Below, piece after piece: positions 63,216-64,000 of a DNA stretch of 64,000 nt; the first letter of the stretch is position 1; every line of letters starts with the position of its first letter. The notes below the pieces were generated by a model. That model ran no database searches. It was not told the DNA's origin and was given only the letters and a program-made list of their open reading frames with translations. Location: assembly GCA_964447495.1 (NCBI GenBank), contig CAYUTF010000002.1, forward strand, positions 1-64,000. Direction: 5' to 3'. Made by a program: the position numbers and the translations under genes. This DNA comes from an uncultured archaeon. GTDB lineage: Archaea > Asgardarchaeota > Lokiarchaeia > Sigyniarchaeales > SOKP01.

Positions 63216-63842
63216 CTATTTTTTTTGTGTTTTTTCTATCTCTTTTTTTAAATTATTCATTTCTAAATTAATTTTATTTATATCCTCGTTCAATTTAAGC
63301 CAATCTTGTTCTATTAAACTATACTCTTTTTTAAGCTTTTTTGCATCAGAATCAGAACTTTCTTGTTCCATTTTATTTCGTAACTCATCTAATTCTTCTT
63401 TTTTTTTCGTTAAGTACGTTTCTAACGTTTTTGCTTCTTCTTCTTTTGTTAATATTTGCTTCAAAATTAATTCTCTTTTATCCATATCAATTAGTTCTTC
63501 GATTCTAGTAAGATATCGTTTAATAAGAGTAAGGTTAATCTCTTTTGATTCTTCATTTTTAAAAAACAATGCGATATTACTCTCTTCACCTAGTTTCAAT
63601 AATATAATGGATACTTCTTCTGTTTCAAATATAAGTTTGATATAATCATTAGTTTTAAACTTACATAAACCATTAATTTTTCTTGCCTGATTTAATATTT
63701 TCGCTAAAACTTCACCTAATTTAGGGATATTAATATCTTGCTCAAATGTGGTTTGAAAAATAGTGCCATTATTATAAAACATTACTATATGAATTACTTC
63801 GGGTAATGCTGCTTTTATACGATTGATATTTTTAAAAACCAT
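63216..63842 (-). CDS. Roadblock/profilin-like N-terminal domain plus coiled coil
   Basis: HIVMFYNNGTIFQTTF...KLIFET...IILLKLG...IALFF pattern; heptad C-terminus; fold inferred. Confidence 0.6.
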   Translation of the reverse strand: MVFKNINRIKAALPEVIHIVMFYNNGTIFQTTFEQDINIPKLGEVLAKILNQARKINGLCKFKTNDYIKLIFETEEVSIILLKLGEESNIALFFKNEESKEINLTLIKRYLTRIEELIDMDKRELILKQILTKEEEAKTLETYLTKKKEELDELRNKMEQESSDSDAKKLKKEYSLIEQDWLKLNEDINKINLEMNNLKKEIEKTQKK

Positions 63843-63848
63843 TTTATC

Positions 63849-64000
63849 TCACTCTATGAAAATATTTCTAAATCTATTTATAACTTTTTCAATTATGTTT
63901 TTTAACTTTTTAGGACCAATCTTAATTATAATAAAAAGTGTAATGATTAGGATAACAATAGATAAAGTAATCATTATTCCAATAAGAAACTTGAAGATTA
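63849..64000 (-). CDS. 3' end of a membrane-anchored protein running off the window
   Basis: IFKFLIGIMITLSIVILIITLFIIIKIG...IFIE then TGA. Confidence 0.6.
   Translation of the reverse strand, partial: IFKFLIGIMITLSIVILIITLFIIIKIGPKKLKNIIEKVINRFRNIFIE

Noticed and set aside
63052-63645. 197-aa plus-strand ORF, and the many other short overlapping ORFs in the track
   Set aside because: These are antisense or alternate-frame shadows of well-supported genes, with Phe/Ser/Ile-biased composition and no motifs.

Overview
AT-rich archaeal chromosomal segment, most likely Asgard (Lokiarchaeia/Promethearchaeota). That call is inferred from gene content: Rab-like and MglA-like small GTPases, roadblock and longin/DENN-like proteins, three MPN/JAMM-coiled-coil proteins, LRR and SIR2-TPR proteins, HdrABC/MvhD, and GGTGA-type Shine-Dalgarno motifs. 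I recognised no rRNA, tRNA, CRISPR array or transposase. Top observation: a ChlI/ChlD-type AAA+/vWA chelatase gene (43010..45249, minus) is split inside the conserved NPEEGELRPQ motif by a 32-nt insert. The insert folds into a relaxed bulge-helix-bulge structure. Cutting it by the tRNA-splicing-endonuclease rule restores the motif and a single 735-aa ORF, making it a candidate endonuclease-spliced mRNA intron. Other points: an MPN gene pair with one predicted active and one predicted inactive member; small Cys-rich metal-binding proteins missed by the ORF track; probable ATA and CTG start codons; two SIR2-TPR proteins; a divergent beta-CASP nuclease with tandem KH-like repeats. All calls come from manual motif reading, without database searches.
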